The notes below the pieces were generated by a model. That model ran no database searches. It was not told the origin of the DNA and saw only the letters and a list, made by a program, of their open reading frames with translations. DNA of 15,357 bases from an uncultured archaeon. GTDB lineage: Archaea > Thermoproteota > Bathyarchaeia > Bathyarchaeales > Bathycorpusculaceae. Below, piece by piece: positions 1 through 7,816 of the stretch; positions within the stretch are counted from its first letter, which is position 1, and every line of letters begins with the position of its first letter. The translations under genes were made by a program, and so were the position numbers. The stretch spans positions 1-15,357 of the forward strand of contig CAWENF010000012.1 of the NCBI GenBank assembly GCA_963810275.1, written 5' to 3'.

Positions 1-53
1 ACCTACACAAAAAGGTGCACAAACAAGCCAAATAGAAGAAAAAAGGAAAAAGG

Positions 54-314
54 CTACAACTTGGAGAGAAACGACAACAACGCCACTACCAAAAATGCTA
101 GGCCCGCCCAGAACAAGTCGCCGCCAGTCAAGAAGTAAACAACTATAGCAGCGAGAATGGCAGGTATTAACACCAAAAACAACTTAACCAATAAAATAAC
201 GACCAAGCCGATGATGACCAGCACCAAAAGAAACACCCAGTCGACGCTCCCTAAGCCTATGCTTTCCAGAACCGAATAAACTATACCTAAGAGTAACGCT
301 GAAAAATTCATCAA
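54..314 (-). CDS. Small hydrophobic integral membrane protein (about 3 TM segments), function unknown
   Basis: 86-aa ORF that is almost entirely hydrophobic. Start is TTG at 314 or the adjacent ATG at 311. An oligo-T tract follows the stop on the minus strand (plus-strand A-runs at about 35-52). Confidence 0.75.
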   Translation of the reverse strand: MMNFSALLLGIVYSVLESIGLGSVDWVFLLVLVIIGLVVILLVKLFLVLIPAILAAIVVYFLTGGDLFWAGLAFLVVALLSFLSKL

Positions 315-368
315 GAGTCCCTAAAAGGAACTCTGCTTAAGAGTAAAAAAGGGTTTTGGGATTATGGT

Positions 369-872
369 CTAGCTCATTTTGCCCCTTATTTTACTTATTA
401 CTTCATCTTCCACCCACTTCTCGCCTTGCAAGGTCAGCTTGAAGTCAGGCTTGCTGGGGTCTGGTTTAAAGACGTGACCGCGTTTTGTCATTTCGTTTAG
501 ACGAGCAGGCACCATAATTTTAAGCCCGCTGGATTCCAGCAGTTTCTGAACTTGTGCAGCGGTGTTTTTGCGGTCATTCGACGAGTACAATATTAAACCG
601 ACCGATTCGTAGTGGGTGAGGTTCTCTCGGGTGACAATCACGGGGCCTTCAGTTGTGATTTCTACTATGCCTTTAAGCACTGCGCCTGAAGGCACAAGGC
701 GGTTAGTCACAAAATCCGACAGTTTCTCAGTAAAGTCCTCAGGCATGTCGGATAGAATGTCGAGGATTTCCTGCGGGGTGTCGGCTTGGATGACGACTTC
801 GCCAAAACCTGTTTTGATGCGGGCTTCTATATGCTTCACTGGTTGCACCTCAGTCTGGCTATATGGCTGCAA
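369..872 (-). CDS. Hypothetical protein with probable C-terminal winged-helix domain
   Basis: 167-aa ORF with TTG start. The C-terminal segment ARLNEMTKRGHV...FKLTLQGEKWV has the helix-wing-'LT..G' pattern typical of wHTH domains (pattern recognition only). Confidence 0.7.
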   Translation of the reverse strand: MQPYSQTEVQPVKHIEARIKTGFGEVVIQADTPQEILDILSDMPEDFTEKLSDFVTNRLVPSGAVLKGIVEITTEGPVIVTRENLTHYESVGLILYSSNDRKNTAAQVQKLLESSGLKIMVPARLNEMTKRGHVFKPDPSKPDFKLTLQGEKWVEDEVISKIRGKMS

Positions 873-897
873 TGCTTTTTAGGATTTGTGACAGGTT

Positions 898-1500
898 TTA
901 CGGCAAACCCTGCGAGTGTTTGCGTTTAACTCGCCAAAAAATTGTCGCTATGATAGTTATGCAGACTGCCGCAGCCAAAGTGGCAACAGCCGCCGCGTCA
1001 AGAGAGTACATCTGTACCCTTTCCGCTGACGGTTGGGCTTCGTATTGCAACTGATGAGGTTGGCTGCCAGTGGTGAAGACAAACCAAGACAGCTCCTCCG
1101 CCACAAACGCGGACATGTTATAAGTTGTGTTGGGCTCAAACAACCCAGTAGAGTAAACAGATATTTTTGCACCTAAAGGAGTCTGATTCTCCGTGACAAT
1201 CTTAGCTATCTCCACAAACGGAGTAAACGTGATGTTCTCAACTTTAACTGGTCTTGGCTCAGAAATAACTAACGCCATATCACGTGCAACATCTTCTAAA
1301 CCCGGCGCTGGAGCCACAAACAACATCTGCTGCTCCCAAGCGCCCGCTGCACTTGACGAGTTAGAAACAAAATCGCCCTGTGGCAAAGAATAGACACGCA
1401 CTAAATCAACAGGGTACAAATCAATAGTCCCATAATAGGTTGAGAAAAAAGCCGCAATTAATATGGCAGTTACCAACGCCGCTTTAGTTGTAGTACTCAA
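898..1500 (-). CDS. Membrane-anchored surface protein (N-terminal signal/TM, possible Ig-like domain, C-terminal TM and basic tail)
   Basis: Hydrophobic N-terminus (AALVTAILIAAFF). Several N-x-S/T sequons (NSS, NIT, NQT, NTT, NMS). Beta-rich middle ending FEPNTTYN. C-terminal TM followed by WRVKRKH. I place the start at TTG 1500 rather than GTG 1530 because a TTAAATA TATA box at about 1537-1543 puts the TSS downstream of 1530. Confidence 0.7.
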   Translation of the reverse strand: MSTTTKAALVTAILIAAFFSTYYGTIDLYPVDLVRVYSLPQGDFVSNSSSAAGAWEQQMLFVAPAPGLEDVARDMALVISEPRPVKVENITFTPFVEIAKIVTENQTPLGAKISVYSTGLFEPNTTYNMSAFVAEELSWFVFTTGSQPHQLQYEAQPSAERVQMYSLDAAAVATLAAAVCITIIATIFWRVKRKHSQGLP

Positions 1501-1554
1501 AGCTTGATTCCCACAGCCCTGCTTTGGCACTCTACCTATTTAACAATAGGCGAT

Positions 1555-1572
1555 AAAACAAAAAAAGAAAAG
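1555..1572 (-). terminator. Oligo-T archaeal terminator after gatE
   Basis: Minus strand reads CTTTTCTTTTTTTGTTTT just after the gatE stop. Confidence 0.6.
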
Positions 1573-1577
1573 TGGGG

Positions 1578-3476
1578 TTACTTGAGGCGCTCACGTAGCA
1601 GTTTGCCGACCAGTTCAGGGTTAGCTTTGCCACGCACTTCCTTCATTGCGGCGCCCATAAGCATAGCAAACACGTTCTTGCTCATCTTCTCAATCTGCAC
1701 CTTGTTAGCTGCAACGATGCGGTCAATTATGGGCACAAGGTCGGCTTCAGTGTACATCTTCAAGCCCAAGGCGGCGGTTGCGTCCAGCACAGTTTTCTCC
1801 TCGTTTTTGCTAAGCCACGTGAAAACGTCTGCAACTGCCTCTTTAGCAAGTTCGCCAGCGCCGACAGCTTTGAAGATGCCGCCGATTTGCTCGTCAGTGA
1901 CGTTTTCAGCTGCGACACCATCGCGTCTAAGGGCTTTAACGGTCTCTGTCAGGAACGCCGCTATGGTAGATGCTGCGACTTGGCAACTTTTGGCGGTTTC
2001 CTCAAACAGTGCGTTGTATTCGCAGTCGATGAGTTGCCTTGCGAGTTTTTCATTTAAGCTGTACTGCTTGATTAGCCGAGCTAGTTTTTTGTCGGCTGGT
2101 TCGGGAAGGTTAGCTTTGATTTCTGCAACAAGCTCTTCGGTGATGGGTTGTGGGGGTATGTCGGTTTCGGGGTACATGCGGGCTGCGCCGGGTCGGGGGC
2201 GCATGTAGCGGGTGGTGCCGTCGTCTTTGGCTGTTCGGGTCTCCTGCGGGATAAATTTGCAGGCTACTTGGGCTCGTTCAACCACTGCTTTAAGTGCGTC
2301 ATGGGTGTTTTCGGCGGTGTCAGCTACGAAGACCACTGCGTCAGCTTCTGCTGCGCGGACTGCTTCTCTTAATGCCTTGACCTCTTCGGCGGTTATGCCG
2401 TAGTTTGCCAAGTTTTCGTCGGTGTGGAATATACCGCCCACTCTGCCCCAGAACTTCGCATAATCCGACAACTCACTGCCTAAACGGAAGCCAGGCATCA
2501 ATTCCCGACCTGTCAAGCCGTTGAAGCCCATGAGTTTGACGGCAAGCACCGTCTGTTTTTTGTCCACTGCCTTTCGGATAATCTTGCTCTCGGATGCTTG
2601 GAATATGCCTGTTACGTCCACGAATTCAGGTTTTAGTTGGTCGGGGGTGATACCTCTTTTTGCCATTTCCTCTTTAATTGCGACCAGGTTTAGTTGGCGC
2701 TGGACCTCGTAGTCGACGACGGTTGAGATTAGCTCGAGTTCCTGTACACCTTTGATTTCGATTAGGGTACCGTTTGGGATTGAGACATTGAGGTCTTGGC
2801 GGATGGTGCCCAAGCCGCGCATGACTTTACCTGTGTCTCGGAGGATTCTTCCGATGGCAAAGGCTACTTCTTGTGCCTCCTGCGGTGAGTAAATCACAGG
2901 GGCCGTTGCAACTTCGATAAGTGGGATGCCGAGACGGTCAATGCGGTACCGTATTGTTTTACCCTCATGCATAGTACCAGTTTTGCGTGCGGCGTCCTCT
3001 TCAAGAAAGGCGGCCTGCATTGGGATGATTTTGTCGTTTACCTTTATCCAACCGTCCAACGCTAAGGTGCAGGTGCGCTGAAAGCCCGTGGTGTTGGAGC
3101 CGTCGATAACGGTTTTGCGCATCACGTGCACTTCGTCAACTGTGTGCATATTCATCATAAGAGAAGCAGTTAAAACGACTTTAACGGCATCCAAATTAAT
3201 CGGATGTGGAGGTTCCTCATCCATCTCCACAAGGCAGGCGCTTTCGCGGTTAGCTTCATAGAGAATTCTCACCCCTTTTTGGAATTCAAAGTACGCTGCA
3301 GGATCCACCTGCCCCAATTCACTTTGCGTCGGGCGCAATCTACGGAGGAAAGTGATTTCGGGTTCTTCCTTGAATAAGATCGGGGGACAGCTGCAGAAGA
3401 GTTTACTGTTAACGTTGAGTTGCTGGTGGATTTCTAAGCCGACTTTTAAGCCGACTTTCTGATAATCGATGGTCAT
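1578..3476 (-). CDS. gatE: Glutamyl-tRNA(Gln) amidotransferase subunit E
   Basis: 632 aa with the GatB/GatE motifs GLEIHQQL, KLFCSC, IDGSNTTGFQRT, LEEDAARK, DRLGIPLIEVAT, GLGTIRQDLNVSI and RPGAARMYPETD. Has the AspRS-like insertion and lies next to gatD. Confidence 0.98.
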   Translation of the reverse strand: MTIDYQKVGLKVGLEIHQQLNVNSKLFCSCPPILFKEEPEITFLRRLRPTQSELGQVDPAAYFEFQKGVRILYEANRESACLVEMDEEPPHPINLDAVKVVLTASLMMNMHTVDEVHVMRKTVIDGSNTTGFQRTCTLALDGWIKVNDKIIPMQAAFLEEDAARKTGTMHEGKTIRYRIDRLGIPLIEVATAPVIYSPQEAQEVAFAIGRILRDTGKVMRGLGTIRQDLNVSIPNGTLIEIKGVQELELISTVVDYEVQRQLNLVAIKEEMAKRGITPDQLKPEFVDVTGIFQASESKIIRKAVDKKQTVLAVKLMGFNGLTGRELMPGFRLGSELSDYAKFWGRVGGIFHTDENLANYGITAEEVKALREAVRAAEADAVVFVADTAENTHDALKAVVERAQVACKFIPQETRTAKDDGTTRYMRPRPGAARMYPETDIPPQPITEELVAEIKANLPEPADKKLARLIKQYSLNEKLARQLIDCEYNALFEETAKSCQVAASTIAAFLTETVKALRRDGVAAENVTDEQIGGIFKAVGAGELAKEAVADVFTWLSKNEEKTVLDATAALGLKMYTEADLVPIIDRIVAANKVQIEKMSKNVFAMLMGAAMKEVRGKANPELVGKLLRERLK

Positions 3477-3477
3477 T

Positions 3478-4818
3478 TTATTGTTCTACTTCCTTGACTG
3501 TATCCTGCGGCTGGGTACGGGGTGAGTATTCACCGGCAATATTGGTTTTAAGCAGCTTTTTGGCTTCCTTCGGGTCTTCTGTTTGCCCAAGCGCCCACAT
3601 CAACTTGACTAAGCCCGTTTCTGGGAACATGTCGTCTAAGGGGATAACACCGAAGCTTTGCAGGTCTCGACCCGTATCGTAAACGTCCATGTCAACGCGC
3701 CCCCAGATGCACTGTGAGGCAAGTGCGATTACTACGCCTTTTTGGGTGGCTCGTTTGATGGCTTCGAAGCAGAATTTGCTCACGTGCCCCAAACCTGAGC
3801 CCTCCAAGAGGATTCCTCGGAAGCCCCGTTCGGCGTAGAAGTCAATTACTGCTGAGTCAAGTCCGGGGTGGAACTTGACAAGCGCTACTGTCTCGCAGAA
3901 ATTAGGCTTCAAAACAAGTTTGTGGGTTGGGTCGCGCTTCTGATAATTGCCTGGAAGCATAGTGACTTGCTGGTTTTGTACTCGAGCGAGTGGGAAACCG
4001 TTGATGGGTTTGAAGGTGTCTCTTCGGCTGGTGTGGCATTTGCGGACTTTGGTACCTCTGTGTACGACGGTTGCCATGTCTGAGGTGGTTTCGTGCATAG
4101 CTAGGCCGACTTCTGCGAAGGGTGCTTCACCTGCGACTTTGACTGCACCAATGAGGTTGGTTGCGGCGTCACTGCTGGGTCGGTCGGAAGAACGCTGGGC
4201 GCCTACAAGGATTACTGGAACAGGGAGGTTTTGGAGAGCGAAACTGAGGGCGGCGGCGGTGTAGCCCATAGTGTCCGTACCATGTGCGATAACTATGCCA
4301 TCTACGCCTTTTTCTATACGTTGCGCCACCGTCTCAGCCAGTGCTGTCCAGTCTTGCGGGCGCAAGTTCTCGCTGTAAATGCTAAATACAATTTCCGTGT
4401 CCACCCGTGCGATGTCAGCGAGTTCAGGCACGACACCGTAGAGGTCGCTTGCAGACATTGCAGAACGCACGGCACCTGTGCGGTAGTCTACTCGGCTGGC
4501 GATGGTTCCGCCTGTGCTCATAATCACCACGTGGGGCAAGGATGGGTTTTGTTTGGGCAGTGGGGGGACCTCGAATTTGGGTGCGGTGCCTTTGCCGACT
4601 CTTTCGACTTGAACGTCTTGGGTGGCGTTGATGCCGATGTTGTAGCCGCTCTTCATCTTGATGATAATAGCGGTGCCTTCGCCAAAGCGCGGAATCAGGA
4701 TGCCCTCGTAGGTTTTGTCTTTACTGGTGATTTTTAGAATATCGCCTACGTTGCAGTCTGCTGCCTTGAGCAGTTGCAGTGAGGCGCCTTTGTAGCCGTA
4801 GCTTTCAAGTTCACTCAT
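3478..4818 (-). CDS. gatD: Glutamyl-tRNA(Gln) amidotransferase subunit D
   Basis: 446-aa asparaginase-fold protein with the GatD N-terminal domain and motifs STGGTIASRVDYRTG, HGTDTM, GAQRSSDRPSSD and RKCHTSRRDTF. Confidence 0.98.
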   Translation of the reverse strand: MSELESYGYKGASLQLLKAADCNVGDILKITSKDKTYEGILIPRFGEGTAIIIKMKSGYNIGINATQDVQVERVGKGTAPKFEVPPLPKQNPSLPHVVIMSTGGTIASRVDYRTGAVRSAMSASDLYGVVPELADIARVDTEIVFSIYSENLRPQDWTALAETVAQRIEKGVDGIVIAHGTDTMGYTAAALSFALQNLPVPVILVGAQRSSDRPSSDAATNLIGAVKVAGEAPFAEVGLAMHETTSDMATVVHRGTKVRKCHTSRRDTFKPINGFPLARVQNQQVTMLPGNYQKRDPTHKLVLKPNFCETVALVKFHPGLDSAVIDFYAERGFRGILLEGSGLGHVSKFCFEAIKRATQKGVVIALASQCIWGRVDMDVYDTGRDLQSFGVIPLDDMFPETGLVKLMWALGQTEDPKEAKKLLKTNIAGEYSPRTQPQDTVKEVEQ

Positions 4819-6407
4819 TAAATTAGCCTCTTTGAAACATAAACTCCATCACGTCTATAACCCAAGCGCACGTAGTACCGCCTTGTTCCTAAGGCACTGA
4901 TAACTAAAAGCTTTTTGACCCTGAATTCGTCGCGGGCAACTCGTTCGGCTTCGGCGAGCAGGTCTTTTCCGAAACCCTGATGCTGCCAAGCACCTTCTGT
5001 GCGTTTGCCGACTGGGACAAGAGGTCCGTATACGTGGAGTTCACGCACGATTGCGGAAGGCGCTTTGGTGATTTCTGGGCGGTGTGCTTTGGCTGAGGGA
5101 ATACGGAGTCGCAGATAGCCTAAAAGTACGTCATTTTTGTGGTCTTCAACGGATATGAACAGTTCAGTGCCCTCCGAAGCCGAGTATCGTTCGGTCTGGA
5201 TTTTGATGTTTTCCAAATCAGGTTTTATGTGATCAACCTGTAAGCGGTGTCCCACCTCTCGACATCGAATACAATTACAACTCAATCCCTGAGCGTGGAG
5301 CCGCTGCTGTGCGAGTTCACGCAGGTTGCTTTTCTTAACGCCGGCCAAAATTAAGCCGGAGGGGATGTCGCGCTGGATACGCATAACGCGTACCCATTTG
5401 GGTATGAACTTTTTGATTTCCGAGATTACTTCGGTTGCCTGCTCGGTGATGTAGGGGGTGTATGTTCCTTCTTTTTGCCACTGGTTGGCTTTGGTGCCCT
5501 CTATGGCGAGACACGGATATATTTTGAGCATGTCGGGTTTGAAGGTGGACTCAGTGAATATGCGCTTAAACGCCTCGATGTCTTTTTGCGGGCTGCTGCC
5601 GGGCATGCCTGGCATCATATGATAAACAATCTTTAAACCAGCGTCTTTGGCGATTTGGGTTGCTTCGACCACATCCGCTACTGTGTGTATACGTCCATTG
5701 AGACGATAAATTTCGTCGTCGGGATTCTGCACACCCAACTCAATGCGAGTCACGCCCATGTCAAGCATAGCGTTGATGTGGGGCTGCTTTGCCCAGTCAG
5801 GCCGTGTCTCCACAGTTATGCCCACGTTGCGTACAATGCTTAATTCAGCGTTTGCCTTTGCCTCCTCAAGACTCCGGGAGGTTTTGCCTGTGATGGCATC
5901 AAGTGACCGCTGAATAAATCTCGTCTGATACTCGGGGGGTGTAGCGGGGAAGGTTCCACCCATCACTATGAGCTCGATTTTATCTACCTTGTGCCCGATT
6001 TGTGTTAGCTGCTCGACCCTACTTCTGACCTGCTGGTAAGGGTCAAAGCTGTTCTGGGACCCACGCATGGCTGCTGGCTCATGACCTGTATAGCTCTGTG
6101 GCGAGCCGGCGGTCGGTCCTCCTGGGCAGTATGCGCAGGGCTCCGGCTGAGGGCAAGGATAGGGTTTGGTCATGACGGCAACGACTGTTACTCCGCTTAT
6201 GGTGCGGGTGGTTTTGCGCCTTAATAGTGGGAGAAGCAGCTTTGATTCCTCAGGCGTTAACTGACTAATGATGTCGGCGCTTGATGGCACCTTCTCCAGA
6301 TGGAACTTTCCTGCCGTTTTGATCTTGAGCTTGTTAACGTCGTTACGCGTAGGAGACTGCATTGAAAGAAGCGTTTTGATGATTTCACGAAGTGCCTTTT
6401 CCATCAA
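4818..6407 (-). CDS. elp3: Elp3 tRNA wobble-uridine (cm5U) modification enzyme, radical SAM plus KAT/GNAT domains
   Basis: Motifs RTISGVTVVAVM, CPQPEPCAYCPGG (radical SAM), QSYTGHEPA, ETRPDW, LKIYPC, RIQRDIP, CNCIRCRE, IVRELHVYG and WQHQGFG. Its stop overlaps the gatD start (TAATG). Start is TTG at 6407 or ATG at 6404. Confidence 0.96.
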   Translation of the reverse strand: MMEKALREIIKTLLSMQSPTRNDVNKLKIKTAGKFHLEKVPSSADIISQLTPEESKLLLPLLRRKTTRTISGVTVVAVMTKPYPCPQPEPCAYCPGGPTAGSPQSYTGHEPAAMRGSQNSFDPYQQVRSRVEQLTQIGHKVDKIELIVMGGTFPATPPEYQTRFIQRSLDAITGKTSRSLEEAKANAELSIVRNVGITVETRPDWAKQPHINAMLDMGVTRIELGVQNPDDEIYRLNGRIHTVADVVEATQIAKDAGLKIVYHMMPGMPGSSPQKDIEAFKRIFTESTFKPDMLKIYPCLAIEGTKANQWQKEGTYTPYITEQATEVISEIKKFIPKWVRVMRIQRDIPSGLILAGVKKSNLRELAQQRLHAQGLSCNCIRCREVGHRLQVDHIKPDLENIKIQTERYSASEGTELFISVEDHKNDVLLGYLRLRIPSAKAHRPEITKAPSAIVRELHVYGPLVPVGKRTEGAWQHQGFGKDLLAEAERVARDEFRVKKLLVISALGTRRYYVRLGYRRDGVYVSKRLI

Positions 6408-6490
6408 GTTGAAAGCCGAAATAGACTTGAATTTACAGATAAATAAAGTGAACTAGCTAAAAAACGCTAAAACAAGAAGAATAGAGCAGT

Positions 6491-6655
6491 TTACTGCATC
6501 CAGTTTTGGCCCGCTTTGCGCTGCAGAACCACACGCTTGGCGAAGTTACGTCTGTTGCGGTTCTTGGGGCTTGGGGAGGTTCTTTCTTGAGCTGCGACTT
6601 TTGGGGTTTGTGACCTTACCTTACCAGCTTTTGAGAGTGATCCGTGAGTTGGCAT
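6491..6655 (-). CDS. rps30e: 30S ribosomal protein S30e (eS30)
   Basis: Hand-translated 54-aa ORF, absent from the ORF track: MPTHGSLSKAGKVRSQTPKVAAQERTSPSPKNRNRRNFAKRVVLQRKAGQNWMQ. HGSLxKAGKVRxQTPKV is the S30e signature. An SD-like AGGTG lies at 6662-6666. Confidence 0.97.
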   Translation of the reverse strand: MPTHGSLSKAGKVRSQTPKVAAQERTSPSPKNRNRRNFAKRVVLQRKAGQNWMQ

Positions 6656-6692
6656 ATCTTACACCTTTTGCATATGAAGCATAGATGTTGCA

Positions 6693-6703
6693 CTTAAACC
6701 TTT
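6693..6703 (-). promoter_or_regulatory. BRE/TATA promoter of rps30e
   Basis: Minus strand reads AAAGG-TTTAAG about 40 nt upstream of the ATG. Confidence 0.55.
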
Positions 6704-6880
6704 AGTTACAGCTGAACCTTTCTGGCGCCGAAAGGCAGCTTTGTCTGTTTTGAGTTTTCACATTGGAATATGCGTTTCTTCGGGGAATATTTATTACTTT
6801 AACGCAGTATTCTCTTGGTTAATTCCTTTAGGTGATCATAAAATTTTTAGAAAGGACGCAGTGGAGGGCAAAAAGTTCAG

Positions 6881-7816
6881 ATGCCGTTTAAGAAAAACAA
6901 AAAAGACTCTCAAGAAGCTTTGGAGCTTGAATGGAGCCTACAAGTCAAAAACTACAAGTTATGCTTGGACCGCAAACGCTGCGTCGGATGCGAAATCTGC
7001 ACCTTAGCCTGCCCCAAACAGGCGATTTCCACCGCAAAGCAGACTAAAGTTGATGGAAAAGCGCAGAAAGCGAAAATCGACATCGACATCGAAAAATGCA
7101 ACTTTTGCGGCGTATGTGAAATCACATGCCCCTACGGCGCAGTTAAAGTGTCCCAAAACGGCAGTAGCGACCTCGCTGTGCTGAAGAAGGAAAGTTACCC
7201 GAAACTTATCCGAGACATAACGGTGAACCCTAAGAAGTGCGATAAGACCTGCAATGACTGTAAAACCATCTGCCCCTTAGACCTAATCAAAATATCAAAG
7301 GTGGGTTTTGACAACAAACCTATCGAGGACTTCTCCAAACTCTCCGAGCTGGGCAAAAAACGAGTCCAAGTCACCGTAAACATAGATAAACAACATTGCC
7401 CAACATGCCGAGTTTGCGAGTTCAAATGTAGCCCCGGCGCCATCCGAGTTACCAAAACATTCGAAGGGAAAATCGCCATCGACCAAGAAAAATGTCATGA
7501 AGGCTGCAATGACTGTTTTGACGTGTGTCCTATTACTGGAGCATTAGTTTTGGGGGCGAACGGCAAAGTGTACACTAACGAACTGTTCTGCACTTACTGT
7601 GGCGCCTGCCTAAACGTGTGTCCAAAACCCGAAGCCCTCACTCTTAAACGTACAAAGATTCATCATGAACCGGTGCATTCGGGTGCTTGGAATAAAACCT
7701 TAGAGCGCTTAACCAGCTCAGAAAACGCAGTAAAAGAGCTAAAAGCTAACGCCTCTAAAGCTCGGCTACAGCTGGTTGAGGACCGCTTCAGAGTTGAGGA
7801 GCTGAAAAAGAAATGA
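6881..7816 (+). CDS. Polyferredoxin with six [4Fe-4S] motifs (FwdF/MvhB-like)
   Basis: Motifs CVGCEICTLACP, CNFCGVCEITCP, CDKTCNDCKTICP, CPTCRVCEFKCS, CHEGCNDCFDVCP and CTYCGACLNVCP. Upstream GGAGG at about 6863-6867 and AT-rich TATA-like TATTTATTA at about 6788-6796. ATGA overlap with the next gene. Confidence 0.9.
   Translation: MPFKKNKKDSQEALELEWSLQVKNYKLCLDRKRCVGCEICTLACPKQAISTAKQTKVDGKAQKAKIDIDIEKCNFCGVCEITCPYGAVKVSQNGSSDLAVLKKESYPKLIRDITVNPKKCDKTCNDCKTICPLDLIKISKVGFDNKPIEDFSKLSELGKKRVQVTVNIDKQHCPTCRVCEFKCSPGAIRVTKTFEGKIAIDQEKCHEGCNDCFDVCPITGALVLGANGKVYTNELFCTYCGACLNVCPKPEALTLKRTKIHHEPVHSGAWNKTLERLTSSENAVKELKANASKARLQLVEDRFRVEELKKK

Noticed and set aside
6710-6740. Hairpin as an archaeal SECIS element for hdrA/mvhD
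   Set aside because: It lacks the GAA/A internal loop (GAA lies opposite C), and the polyferredoxin and HdrA-MvhD ORFs contain no in-frame TGA.
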